A stretch of DNA of 63,979 nt, counting the filler, from Trichomonas gallinae (taxonomy: Eukaryota): assembly GCA_008369845.1 (NCBI GenBank). It is 8 parts of 8 records of this genome, joined end to end, with 100 filler letters (N's around TTAATTAATTAA, not from the genome) between each part and the next. Parts side by side here need not be neighbours in the genome. Positions count along the whole stretch, not along the records: positions 33,521 to 45,116 come from MRSU01000524.1; 7 more parts are not named here. One strand, given 5' to 3'. Position 1 is the first letter of the stretch, and every line of letters starts with the position of its first letter. The translations under genes were made by a program, and so were the position numbers. Below, one piece after another: positions 34,469 through 45,216 of this stretch. The notes below the pieces were generated by a model. It was not told where the DNA came from. It searched no databases and saw only the letters and a program-made list of their open reading frames with translations.

Positions 34469-37400
34469 CTAAATAAGACTTTCGGAGAACATGTTCAAGG
34501 CAAACTGCTCCTCAGCCTTTGTTGCCAAAGCAACGAAGTAGGTTAACGTGTTTCCCTTTCCCTTGAGAAAGACTTCTCCTCTTTCTTCTATCGAAAACTC
34601 TGGTCCTTGGATTAAATCTTTCGTTGATGCAGAAATTTGAACTCTTCCTGGTATATCTGATGATTGCAACCTCGATGCTATATTAATAGGATCACCAATA
34701 ATATCAAATGTTGGCTTATCGACGCCAAGAATTCCTCCAATCAATGGACCACCTGAATTTACGCCAATTCTCACTTCCAATGAAGCATTGAATCTTGTAT
34801 TGATGTCCTCCATTGATCTGAGACACTTTAAACAGCTCTTTACAGCCTCTTTCGCGGGTTCAGCTGGTGGAATGTCTTGGCAAAAAATTCCCGATGCTGC
34901 CATGTAAACATCGCCAATAAGTTTGATTTTTGTCACCATTGGGAACCCAGCTGTCACTCTGTCGAATGTCGTGAAGACAATAGACAGGTTCTGCATGATT
35001 TCTGACGGACTTAATGTCGCCGCGTATTGAGAAAATTTGATGATATCGATGAAATAAATCGTCGCCATAGGAATCGTGAATGAAATATCTTTCTCGCCTC
35101 TGTTGAGTCTGACAACAATGTCCTTCGGTAATATCTGGTATAGCAATTTCTCGGATTTAGCTTTAGCTGCTTCAGCTGCATTTCTCTTTTTTGTTTCATC
35201 GTAAATATTTGTCATGATGAAAACTAAAGAATTAGAATTGTCGCCTTTCATCATGCAAATAATTGTGCTGAATGGAACTGATCTGCTAGAATCATCAATT
35301 AAAGTGATTGTCTCTTGTGTGACAGGTTTAACGTCGCTCATTTGTTGAATTAAATTTATTATTGTCTGTTTGTCAGATGATGCAGCAAAATTCGCAATGT
35401 GCTGGCCGAGCATTTGGTCTGGCGTTAACCCAATATTCTGCTGCAGAGCTGGGTTAACGATCTCAATGATGCCGTTTGAGTTTGTAACAATGATGCATTC
35501 TGCTGTTGTGAAAACAATGCTTTTTGACAACGACCAGTCATTTTCGTCTGATGAATGTGTTTTGTTTTTTCTCAGGAAATCGATTATGTCTTCATTACTA
35601 ACGATTGCTTGTGGTGGTAGCCTTTGAAGAAGCCTTGTGAAAGTTCTGTAATTAATATTAAAAGACCATCTGAAAGAAAGAGCGAAAAGAAGTGTGAAAA
35701 ATGATGCAAAAGCACCTATTAACAGGAAAATTACTGATTGCAATAAGATAGAATGGAATTTTGATGCAATTAATTCAGCAACTCTGTTACAAACGCGCAT
35801 TATGTTGGGATATAAGTGGTGCTCCATGATATGTATCAAATTCATGCCAAATTCTGTTGTTAAATTGCCTGTTCTCACTTTAGGATAATTTAAAACATTC
35901 ATAACCATGTCTTCGAAGAAGTTTAGCTGTGAATTTAGGCTTGAACATGCATACATATCGTGCATTGTTAATGGATTTCTGCCTAAAAAACAAGAATTTT
36001 CGATCTGAATATCATCAAGTTGTGTATCATAGCCAACGGACTTAGGAATCTCGCTGTTTCCATTCATTAGTGCTTGGTTGATAGACATCATTCTGTCTAA
36101 GTTGTTTCTTGTTTCAATTTCTAAATCTGAGACATTTACACAAGGATGTGACAAGTTTGAACCTAATAATATCAACATGACGGAGTTTTTGCCGATTTCG
36201 CTCGTATACATCATCCTTCCAACTGAATAATAAAACCATTGAATCATTAAAGTCAACTTATTATTGAGTTCTATTGAGTTTCTCGTCAGTAATATGATAG
36301 ATATCGCTATGAGAATTATGAATAACAGGTTAATCATAGACATTATCGTTCTTGTTTGAGAATTAAATGTTTTCATTATTGCTTGAACGGAACTACTCTG
36401 ATGGCTCTCTTCCATTATAGGGTCTTTCGCGATTTCTTTCGTTCTCGATGGTAAATCTAGCAAAACTTTGATCATTTTGTTTAATAATCTTCTAAAAACT
36501 ATAATTAACACTAGAAAAGGAGTAATATCGAGTACAACGACTGCTATGCATCCAAGTATCATCCATAGCTTGAAAGAATCATTGTAAGTCGAAGATCTGT
36601 TCAAATTATAATTCAATAATGAAGCAAACACGTCTTTCGTGTTATTGATGACATAATTCAGTGTGGCTTCAACAGCACAGTGCTGATCATTGACAAACAA
36701 GTTCTCACCTGTCTTATTTAAGCTTAAATCGCCAGCAAAATAATTTTCCTTGAAAAACGTGAAAACTAACTGAGATGTGAGGCTGGCGGGTATCATTGCA
36801 TCAGGGCTGCTGTTTTCTGCGCCAACTGCTTTGGACTGTTCTTTTAGAAGTCCTCCAGTCATTGTATAAGGATTCCATTTATCATATCTGTCTGTCACTG
36901 CCGACAAAATCTGTTTTAAGTTGGTTCTTCCTTGGTCTAAGCAGTAGTATATGAGGTGTAGATGGTCCAATGAGTGATTTACGAGCAAATGTTCATCTGT
37001 ATCATAAGAAATGTTTCCAATTAAAGAAGTTTCATTACCAAACCTGTTTGTTTGCTCTGACCATTCTATTAATGCATAAATATCCGAATAAAAAGCATAA
37101 AAAACTGATTTCCCGATATAAAGCAGATCTGTGTAAGAAGTGCTGCGCCACGAGAACTTATTCTTAGCGTAGTAGTAAATTATGCCAATAAAAGCTATGT
37201 TCATCGCATAACAAAGCAAAGCAAAGAATGTTACAAGTTTTGAGTGGAAAGGAGTTGAATCTGCGATTGTTCTATATAATGCGAGTCTTACTCTGCTATT
37301 GCTGATTATCTTTCTGGCAACAATGTCGTCGAATTCTTCATCTTTGACGTCATGAGAATCATCTTCTGTTGTATAGCTTCTAGAAGAAGATTTAGCGTTG

Positions 37401-39172
37401 ATAATTGCATCTATTAGGTCCGATTCTCTGCCGGAAAGCTTGTCAAATTCTAAATTGCTTCTTCCAAATTCATCAACAATTCCATCTGTTAAGTATCTAG
37501 GGAACTTGTTAATCAAAGATCTAAATGAGAAGTCAACGTTGTAGTTTTTGCCGTCTAAAATCGATTCTGTGCGTTGATATTGTTCGATCGCTTGATCAAA
37601 GTCACACCTGCATTCTATGAGGAAATTAACATATTCTCTGTTGATTCCTACATTATTGGGATTGTTTTCTAATACGTATTTGAAATAATGATCAGTATTT
37701 TGTAATTGAGTTGTGATTTCAGCAATATAATGGCTATTACATGTGGTTTTCTCCCAAAAACCATTTATTACCATCTTACAACCCTCATTCAACATACGAA
37801 CCCTGTTTAAAGCATCGAGAGACTCGGAATTATTCGTTGTGAGTCTTCTTGTGCGAATTTTGCGAATTTGATATATCAAAAATCTATTGACAAAGCTTAG
37901 TTTTCGCTTATGATGTAATATTTTGAACAATTGGTTGAGTTTTTCATGTTCGTATGGAAATAATGTAACAACCTGAAGCAAAATCCCCAAAGAGTTTTCA
38001 TAATCACTGTTATTTATGATATATTCGACCATTGATCCATCAATGAAGTAGTCACAGATCTCAGACATCCCGATCACGATATACATTTGTGTGTGCAAAG
38101 GAGATTTGCAGATTGGAAGGTTATTGAAGTATTCTGTTACATCCCTTTCTTCTTCTCCGTATGTTAATTCCTTTTTAATTCGTTCTGCACGTTTTTTGAA
38201 TATTAAATAAATTATTGGATAAGCAATTAAGCAAAAACCAACCATTATAGGTATTGTGTAATCAAATGTGATCTTTGATGAGAAATTCAGGATCAAAGCT
38301 TCAATATCTAATATAATTACGCCAATTGCGATTGTAAACGTTAAAACATTGCGCCAATTCTTGTAATATGGAAAGAAAGTGAGTCTATATGTGCAATATA
38401 TAGCAATCATCAAATGAATCGCGATTAAAGGGATAAAATACCAATCTGGAAAATATTGCAAAATTGAGGAAAATATTACGTCCAATGTTGTTGTCCCAAA
38501 CCATGTTAAGACAACTGTTGAGTCAAATAGCTGAAAAGTTAAACTCGTTAATACAACGGATCGAGATTTCATCAAAATTCCATTATAGAAGTGATAAGAT
38601 GCTGTTATGTAGCATAGTAGACCGATAATTATTTCAGCAATTGCAGCAGAATTAATCTGTCCGTGACAATAAAAAATTCCGTGAGCAGCAACGTAAGCTG
38701 AAGGTAAAAGCAGTAGAGATCCGACTACATCGCATAGAAAAATGCCAATGTAGATGCAAAAATTTGGAATCGTGTAGTATTTGCGTTGAAAAAATATTAA
38801 TAAACATAACCAAATGGTGACAACAAGCGCACAGCCTAGAACCACGTATGCTGCAGTAAGATGATTGTCATTAGTATCGAGTGGATCTGAAAATGTGAAG
38901 ATTATCACCAAATAGCGATAAAAAACTGTCCATTTTCCAGTTGTTCGCTGAAATGATGGTGCATACACCCATAGACTTGCAAGAATCATCTGAATAGATA
39001 TAATTGATGTGATTAAAGCGGCAAACCAAACAGGATAATTTCCAATTTGCATCATCTGATCATATATTGGAAATATTAGGTCCTGTACATGATATTGCTG
39101 CTCTTTTTTGTGATTCCTCGTCCGAGCATTGGCTTCTGGGGCAACACTTTCAACTCCTGCCCCTTCAACCAT
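34469..39172 (-). CDS. Multi-TM PAS-domain class III adenylate cyclase
   Basis: Many TM helices, PAS (IIVTNSNGIIEIVNP), catalytic motifs FIDIIKFS, KIKLIGDVYMAA, FDIIGDPINIASRLQS. Confidence 0.95.
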   Translation of the reverse strand: MVEGAGVESVAPEANARTRNHKKEQQYHVQDLIFPIYDQMMQIGNYPVWFAALITSIISIQMILASLWVYAPSFQRTTGKWTVFYRYLVIIFTFSDPLDTNDNHLTAAYVVLGCALVVTIWLCLLIFFQRKYYTIPNFCIYIGIFLCDVVGSLLLLPSAYVAAHGIFYCHGQINSAAIAEIIIGLLCYITASYHFYNGILMKSRSVVLTSLTFQLFDSTVVLTWFGTTTLDVIFSSILQYFPDWYFIPLIAIHLMIAIYCTYRLTFFPYYKNWRNVLTFTIAIGVIILDIEALILNFSSKITFDYTIPIMVGFCLIAYPIIYLIFKKRAERIKKELTYGEEERDVTEYFNNLPICKSPLHTQMYIVIGMSEICDYFIDGSMVEYIINNSDYENSLGILLQVVTLFPYEHEKLNQLFKILHHKRKLSFVNRFLIYQIRKIRTRRLTTNNSESLDALNRVRMLNEGCKMVINGFWEKTTCNSHYIAEITTQLQNTDHYFKYVLENNPNNVGINREYVNFLIECRCDFDQAIEQYQRTESILDGKNYNVDFSFRSLINKFPRYLTDGIVDEFGRSNLEFDKLSGRESDLIDAIINAKSSSRSYTTEDDSHDVKDEEFDDIVARKIISNSRVRLALYRTIADSTPFHSKLVTFFALLCYAMNIAFIGIIYYYAKNKFSWRSTSYTDLLYIGKSVFYAFYSDIYALIEWSEQTNRFGNETSLIGNISYDTDEHLLVNHSLDHLHLIYYCLDQGRTNLKQILSAVTDRYDKWNPYTMTGGLLKEQSKAVGAENSSPDAMIPASLTSQLVFTFFKENYFAGDLSLNKTGENLFVNDQHCAVEATLNYVINNTKDVFASLLNYNLNRSSTYNDSFKLWMILGCIAVVVLDITPFLVLIIVFRRLLNKMIKVLLDLPSRTKEIAKDPIMEESHQSSSVQAIMKTFNSQTRTIMSMINLLFIILIAISIILLTRNSIELNNKLTLMIQWFYYSVGRMMYTSEIGKNSVMLILLGSNLSHPCVNVSDLEIETRNNLDRMMSINQALMNGNSEIPKSVGYDTQLDDIQIENSCFLGRNPLTMHDMYACSSLNSQLNFFEDMVMNVLNYPKVRTGNLTTEFGMNLIHIMEHHLYPNIMRVCNRVAELIASKFHSILLQSVIFLLIGAFASFFTLLFALSFRWSFNINYRTFTRLLQRLPPQAIVSNEDIIDFLRKNKTHSSDENDWSLSKSIVFTTAECIIVTNSNGIIEIVNPALQQNIGLTPDQMLGQHIANFAASSDKQTIINLIQQMSDVKPVTQETITLIDDSSRSVPFSTIICMMKGDNSNSLVFIMTNIYDETKKRNAAEAAKAKSEKLLYQILPKDIVVRLNRGEKDISFTIPMATIYFIDIIKFSQYAATLSPSEIMQNLSIVFTTFDRVTAGFPMVTKIKLIGDVYMAASGIFCQDIPPAEPAKEAVKSCLKCLRSMEDINTRFNASLEVRIGVNSGGPLIGGILGVDKPTFDIIGDPINIASRLQSSDIPGRVQISASTKDLIQGPEFSIEERGEVFLKGKGNTLTYFVALATKAEEQFALNMFSESLI

Positions 39173-41075
39173 TTTTTGTGTTTTTTAGAATTCGTCTAAA
39201 ATTTGAAAATATTAAGTTGTATATGATAATGATTATAACGCATGCATCGATATTTTTTTGAGTTAAAATTTTGTGCATTTCCAATTTTGATATGTTAATA
39301 CTCATAAAATATGACATAAAATGAGCTCTTTTACTTTGCAGAAAATTGAATATTAATTCAATTAAAATTTAGTTTAAAAGATTTGTTATTTAAATATGAT
39401 TAAATTTTTTAATATTTGATGAAAAACCGATAACGTATTTTTATTTTTTTAGTTTTGAAAAATGAAAGTTAAATTTTTAGTTTTAAGACTTTGAATCTTG
39501 GATCTATATAATATTTGACTGCATATTCTGCAAGAAAAATTCGTTTTTGAAACTGTGTATAAATTCAAAAGTTTACAAAATTCTTTTAAAATAGAATCAT
39601 CTGCATAACAAATAACGAATCGAAACCTATTTTTTAAAAAAATAGCTTTACATGACAAATCTGACATGTAAATCATAATATTAAAAAGTGTCATTTTTAT
39701 TAATTATCTTTTTTCTCGTTTTTCTTCTACAATAACATATTACCAACATTGTACAATAATCCAAGCCAGTGTTTACTGATATCAAATCACGAAACCTTAA
39801 GTCCATGACTTCATTATTTAGAGTTTCGATTTTCAATATTAACGCAAAAATTTAATTTGACTTCAGAACTATTAAAAATATACGCAAATGTATATAACTA
39901 TACCATTGATATAAAACTTTGTTTATTAGCCGCTCCTTTTCCATGAAGAATCAGACTCTAACTATACCCACGCATCTCACAACGCTATGACTAATTTGTT
40001 GGTATTGCTCTCGGCTTCATATAATCGTTTTCTTTATTTGATTAAATCCTAATCGAGGAATAACTAGATAATTATATTAGAAAAATTGATCAACTTTATA
40101 AGGATAGTATCATATTATGAGCTCATTTATTTTGGCACTTAAAGTGAAATATGTCGAAATTCTTGCTGACATGTTCAACTCGGAAGATGTTGGTTATCTG
40201 GTATCTCCATGGGCTTTCCAGCTGTAGGCTAAAGAGAGAGTAACTGATCGTTTTAAAATGTTTATCCAAAAATAAAATTTGGATATATGTTTATTCCTCG
40301 TGTTATTTGATTTCTTTATTGTCAGGTGATCATTGATGCCGAACAAAACGCGTCACCGAGCACAAATGACCGAACGAAATTAATTTTGTGCATGATTGGC
40401 CTTTGTTTTGCGCCTTATAATACCTTCCGTTCCATGATGCAATGTTGGAATAAATCACAATCAAGAGAATTAAATTTCTTTATCCATCTACCAATTCAGA
40501 TCTTTACAAAATTTCTATTGAGACGCGGCCATCGAAATTTCCACGAAATATAAACTACTTACACATTCTAGATTTGATTAATAAAAAAAGTCCGTTTATT
40601 TTCAAACATATTGAAATTGGTCTAAATTATATTAGATATTGATTAACATTATTTTTATATAAACATGGGATTTTTGAAAGAATTTTACAAAAATATGATG
40701 ATTAGATTTTATATAATCTGTACGATTAAATTATAAAGTAAATTTAGATTTTGAAGATTTTCAATGTTTACAAAAATCAAAATTAAATCACTTCATATAT
40801 TTGATTTATAATGGCTTTAGGTTGTTTTATATAATAAAAAAAATCGAAGACTACCCAAACATTGAAAAAAAAAGAAAATATCTAATTCAACTTGTTTGCT
40901 GCTATAGACAAGAATAGTAACGTTTCTGATCCGTTTTTGCGGTTCTAATAAAAAACTTTGAATAAACAAAATTTTGGTGATAAAAATGTGTTTTAGGATG
41001 TGTATACAAAAAATACCGATGAAAATCTTGTTTTGAATTTGAGTATTGAAATATAAAAAACTATTTTTCTGGTTC

Positions 41076-42902
41076 ATGGAGCCTGTTATGACATATACAG
41101 ACTCAAATAGTAGTAGTCATAAAGGCAGTTCTAGTAGTGTACACGCTCAAAATAATCTAACTGAAACTATATCCATGGTTCATACAGAAGATTCGTTTCA
41201 TCAAACGCAAGATTATATTCCGATTGAGCAAGAAAAGTTCAGGGACTCATTAAATCCTCTTTTCGGAGGGACACAAGCTTCAACGAAGGAAACTCAGCCA
41301 AAATCTTTATCTCGCGGAATGTTAAGTTGGCATGTTCACTTGATTTCACTTGGTGGTATCATTGGATCATGCTACTTTCTTGGTGTTGGAATTACTTTCA
41401 GCAATATGGGCGCAATTCCAGTATTATTGGGATATTTCCTTGCTGGTGTAGCAGTTTTTGGTGTTATGCAATCTTTCTCAGAGCTACTCGTCAACCTTCC
41501 TAGACACGGTTCTTTTGTCGCATATAACAGAGAGTTTTTAGGAGATTCCTTAACTACAGCCATAGGTTGGTGTTTTTGGCTTAATTGGGTAGTATACGTT
41601 CCATCAGAATGCCTTGCTTTTGCAACTTTCATGAATACTTACTACACAATACCTTTCAAGAATCCAGCATGGAGTGATTTCATATGGGGAACATTATGCC
41701 TTGTATTGCTTACAACTATCAACATGTTCAATGTCAAGTTCTTCGGCTACGTAGAGTCGATTAACGCGACATTAAAAATTTCAGTGATCTTATTCTTCGT
41801 AGTTGTCGCTGTTTTGATATGGTCCGGCCTTATTGGCCACAAGGTCCATCCATTTACAGAAACGGACATCGGCTTTATCGGTATAAAAATTGTCACAGAA
41901 GGAGCCGGCTCGTTAGCCCATCGTTTATTCCCGCAAGGTTACTTGTGCATGATCACGTATTTGGTTATTGTTTTAGTCAACTTCCAAGGATCTGAAATCG
42001 TTGGACTTTCAGCTGCCGAAACTCAAAACCCTGAGAAAAACATCCCAAAGGTTTGCAAGCAGGTTGCTGTTCGTATATTAGTTGTGTATCTTATTCCTAT
42101 TCTTTTAGTAACACTCATTGTTCCTTATGATAAGATTCCGAAAACTGATTCGGTGTTCAGTTTCGCTTTAAAGTCTTATGGACTTAAGTGGGGAGGCCAG
42201 ATATTCACATTTATCACACTTATTTCAGCATTTTCATGTGCAAATAGCGGATTATACGGAACTGTCCGTAGTATATATGGTCTAAGCAAAGAAGGATTAG
42301 CTCCAAAGTTCCTATCCACATTGAATCAGTTCAATTCACCAAGAAATGCGATTTTGTTCACACTTTTCTTTGTTTGGATTGTATTCATTTTCGGATTCAT
42401 GTCTCAGAACCTTGGATTGTTCGGCTCGCATGGAAGTTCGTTATACGAGTATTTGTTGTCGATTAGCGGCTTCTTTGGCACAATTATGTGGGTTGGAATA
42501 ATTGTCTCGCAAATTATCTTTAGAATCAAGCTGAAAAAACGTGGCTACGATTCAAAGACGGATATTATTGCACCAGCGATGTTCTATCCCTATCTACACA
42601 TATTCTCGATTACTCTGCAAATAACAGCTATTATTGCTTTGTTGTTCACTGGAAGTGGATGGGTTCTTTTCACTATTGCGACTGTGATTTTCTTATCTTT
42701 TATTGCAATTCATTCAATCTTGAAGAAATTAGGAAAGCTTACAACTGTAGGTGTTTATGCAGAAGATGAAGTATTATTTGATATGAAATATCCTCAAAAG
42801 ACATATTATAATATCGAAGGCCTTAATAATGGTTCATACACTGCGAAAATTGATTCCATGGAAAAGAAACTTATAGGTGATCAGGAGAAACAGGTCGCCT
42901 AA
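41076..42902 (+). CDS. APC-superfamily amino acid permease
   Basis: HVHLISLGGIIGSCYF, FQGSEIVGLSAAETQNPEKNIPK, SCANSGLYGTVR, about 12 TM. First ATG at 41076. Confidence 0.92.
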   Translation: MEPVMTYTDSNSSSHKGSSSSVHAQNNLTETISMVHTEDSFHQTQDYIPIEQEKFRDSLNPLFGGTQASTKETQPKSLSRGMLSWHVHLISLGGIIGSCYFLGVGITFSNMGAIPVLLGYFLAGVAVFGVMQSFSELLVNLPRHGSFVAYNREFLGDSLTTAIGWCFWLNWVVYVPSECLAFATFMNTYYTIPFKNPAWSDFIWGTLCLVLLTTINMFNVKFFGYVESINATLKISVILFFVVVAVLIWSGLIGHKVHPFTETDIGFIGIKIVTEGAGSLAHRLFPQGYLCMITYLVIVLVNFQGSEIVGLSAAETQNPEKNIPKVCKQVAVRILVVYLIPILLVTLIVPYDKIPKTDSVFSFALKSYGLKWGGQIFTFITLISAFSCANSGLYGTVRSIYGLSKEGLAPKFLSTLNQFNSPRNAILFTLFFVWIVFIFGFMSQNLGLFGSHGSSLYEYLLSISGFFGTIMWVGIIVSQIIFRIKLKKRGYDSKTDIIAPAMFYPYLHIFSITLQITAIIALLFTGSGWVLFTIATVIFLSFIAIHSILKKLGKLTTVGVYAEDEVLFDMKYPQKTYYNIEGLNNGSYTAKIDSMEKKLIGDQEKQVA

Positions 42903-43079
42903 TCTATATATTTGTTTAATAAAATTTGTTTATATATTTTCAATTCTGTTCTATTTAAATATAAAATTTTCATTCTATTATGATGAAAAATCTTAATATT
43001 AGTAGTTGAATGTTTTCAAAATCAAAAAATAAAATGTAATGATATTGAAAATAACGAAATTGTTGTAACTACTAATATT

Positions 43080-43613
43080 TTATTTCCTCTTATTATGTTC
43101 ATGGTGTGGTCTGGCTGGTGGAGTGATCTTAATTGGATCACCCTCGCCGCCAATGTTTTCAAAGTCGCAATCTGTGATGATTCCACCTCTACCTTCGATA
43201 TACTCTACACCATACTTAGGGAAATCGTGGAATTTGCAAAATCTAAAAGTCGGTGAAGAATTATTAACTGTAACTATAGCATTTTCATCCTGTTTCTTGG
43301 ATGTAAAGTTGCATACTTCAAAAGAAGCTGTGCATCCACCAAGAAACTGACAATAACCATCGAAATTCACTCGAGAAAATACAGCAAAGCAAGCAGGCTC
43401 CATGTTGAACTTGATTGATGGAGCAATGAATGTAGCAAGAAGTTCATCGTCATCTGTTTGTATAGCGAAGGCCTTTGTGAATTGAAGTTCATGGTCGAAG
43501 CGATACTCGCCTGGTTTGACTAACAAATGTGTTCCAGCTGGAGCCTTCTCCATAGCTTCTTCAATTGTTGCGAAATCGCCACCTTCGCCAACTGTTTTTG
43601 ATGTTTCGAACAT
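43080..43613 (-). CDS. Small right-handed beta-helix (pectin-lyase-like) protein
   Basis: GDFATIEEAMEKAPAGTHLLVKPGEY cap followed by C.F repeats (CNF, CKF, CDF). Confidence 0.75.
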   Translation of the reverse strand: MFETSKTVGEGGDFATIEEAMEKAPAGTHLLVKPGEYRFDHELQFTKAFAIQTDDDELLATFIAPSIKFNMEPACFAVFSRVNFDGYCQFLGGCTASFEVCNFTSKKQDENAIVTVNNSSPTFRFCKFHDFPKYGVEYIEGRGGIITDCDFENIGGEGDPIKITPPARPHHEHNKRK

Positions 43614-45043
43614 TTTTTATCTTTACCGATTTCTCAGATCACTTCACATCGTTTTTTGTAAACTAAAATCTCTATACATGGCAAAATGTTACTTTACATG
43701 TCATATTATAGTTTAAGAAGCATTTACATGTCAAATTAAAAGATGGGGAAAAATTATTTTCTGACATTGTAAACAAAATTTGGCGAAATCACATCAATAG
43801 CCCTGAATATTTTAATGAGTAAAAATAATTGCACAAACATATCATACTGTGTACATATTTGCTTTCATGTGCATTGCGAAGCTGATAACAGTTGTAATAT
43901 ATTTAATCGCTGATATTAAGTTGTTATCTGTGTTATAAGATTAAAAAATGAATATTGTTGACCTAAAGAGACTTATCTGCCAAATTAATAAGCTACAAGG
44001 TAACTATTTGCTATTTGGTTCAAAGATGATTTTTCTATGACTGTTATTGAGAGTTGTATTGTGACTTTTAGGAGAACTATAGTATTATATGAATTTCACG
44101 CAGCAAAACATCATGATATAGCATATAATAATTTCAATTTGAAGTGATGAAAGAGAAAGACTGATATTAGAGATTCATCATTCCTGGAAGTGTATAGTAT
44201 GAGTTCTACCTAGTCATATCTAAAGAAAATTCGATTTATCATATAGAATATCAATCGCATTCATTGTATTTATTGTATCTGGCTTGATATGATTATTAGT
44301 GACTTAAACAAGGATATATTTTTAATATAAAGGATATCATAGCATAAGAATTGCACTTCAGGTTTCAATATAATGTTAAATTCGAAGTTAGGAAAGGGTT
44401 AATTTATTTTCTGGCTCGAATAGATTAATATTATATATGTGATAAACCTCACATATGTTTTGATATCTGCCAAATTTTGGGGTTCTTAAGGGAAACATAT
44501 TCGCTTGTGTGTGTATTGTTAACTTGTCAGTATGCAATGCGTATCACAAATTCATGCCAATTATCTCGTTGATGATATATGAAGATAAAGAAAAAAGGAG
44601 ATAACATTGTTTATATCGCATGACAGTCATAGCGAATAGCTGTTTAAAGATATGAGAAATATATTAAAGCAAATATCTGAGAGATACATCAAAAACTGCT
44701 TCATGATTTTGCCAATTAGAAAACCGTTGCAAAGCAACATCATGGTAGATACGGGTATCGATAGCTGTCCATATACCGAATGGAAAATAAGCTACCAATT
44801 AAGGTTTTGCCAACAATATCCAACAAATATAAATGACAGTCAAATATATTCATCGAGGTTTATGATTTATTATACCTATTGTCACAGTATTTCACTATTA
44901 TAACGTGATGACAAATATGTTCAGAAAAAGGATCAAACAAATAATAAAATAACGAAAAATATAAAATTTAATCCGCACAAACTATTTTCCTGACTGTTTA
45001 TACCATGCTGATTATGTCTGTATGCAGAAACTAGATAATTTAA

Positions 45044-45116
45044 GGGTTCGGAACGCCCGTAAGGTTATTGACCTCACTTTGAAAAAATGCAATATTCCAT
45101 GATCAAAACCCTAAAA
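45044..45116 (+). mobile_element. Possible Kolobok-type transposon end
   Basis: TTAA then GGGTTCGGAACGCCC, running into the gap; similar to the end at 61026. Confidence 0.35.
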
Positions 45117-45216
45117 NNNNNNNNNNNNNNNNNNNNNNNNNNNNNNNNNNNNNNNNNNNNTTAATTAATTAANNNNNNNNNNNNNNNNNNNNNNNNNNNN
45201 NNNNNNNNNNNNNNNN
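45117..45216. other. Artificial contig linker
   Basis: N44-TTAATTAATTAA-N44. Confidence 0.98.
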
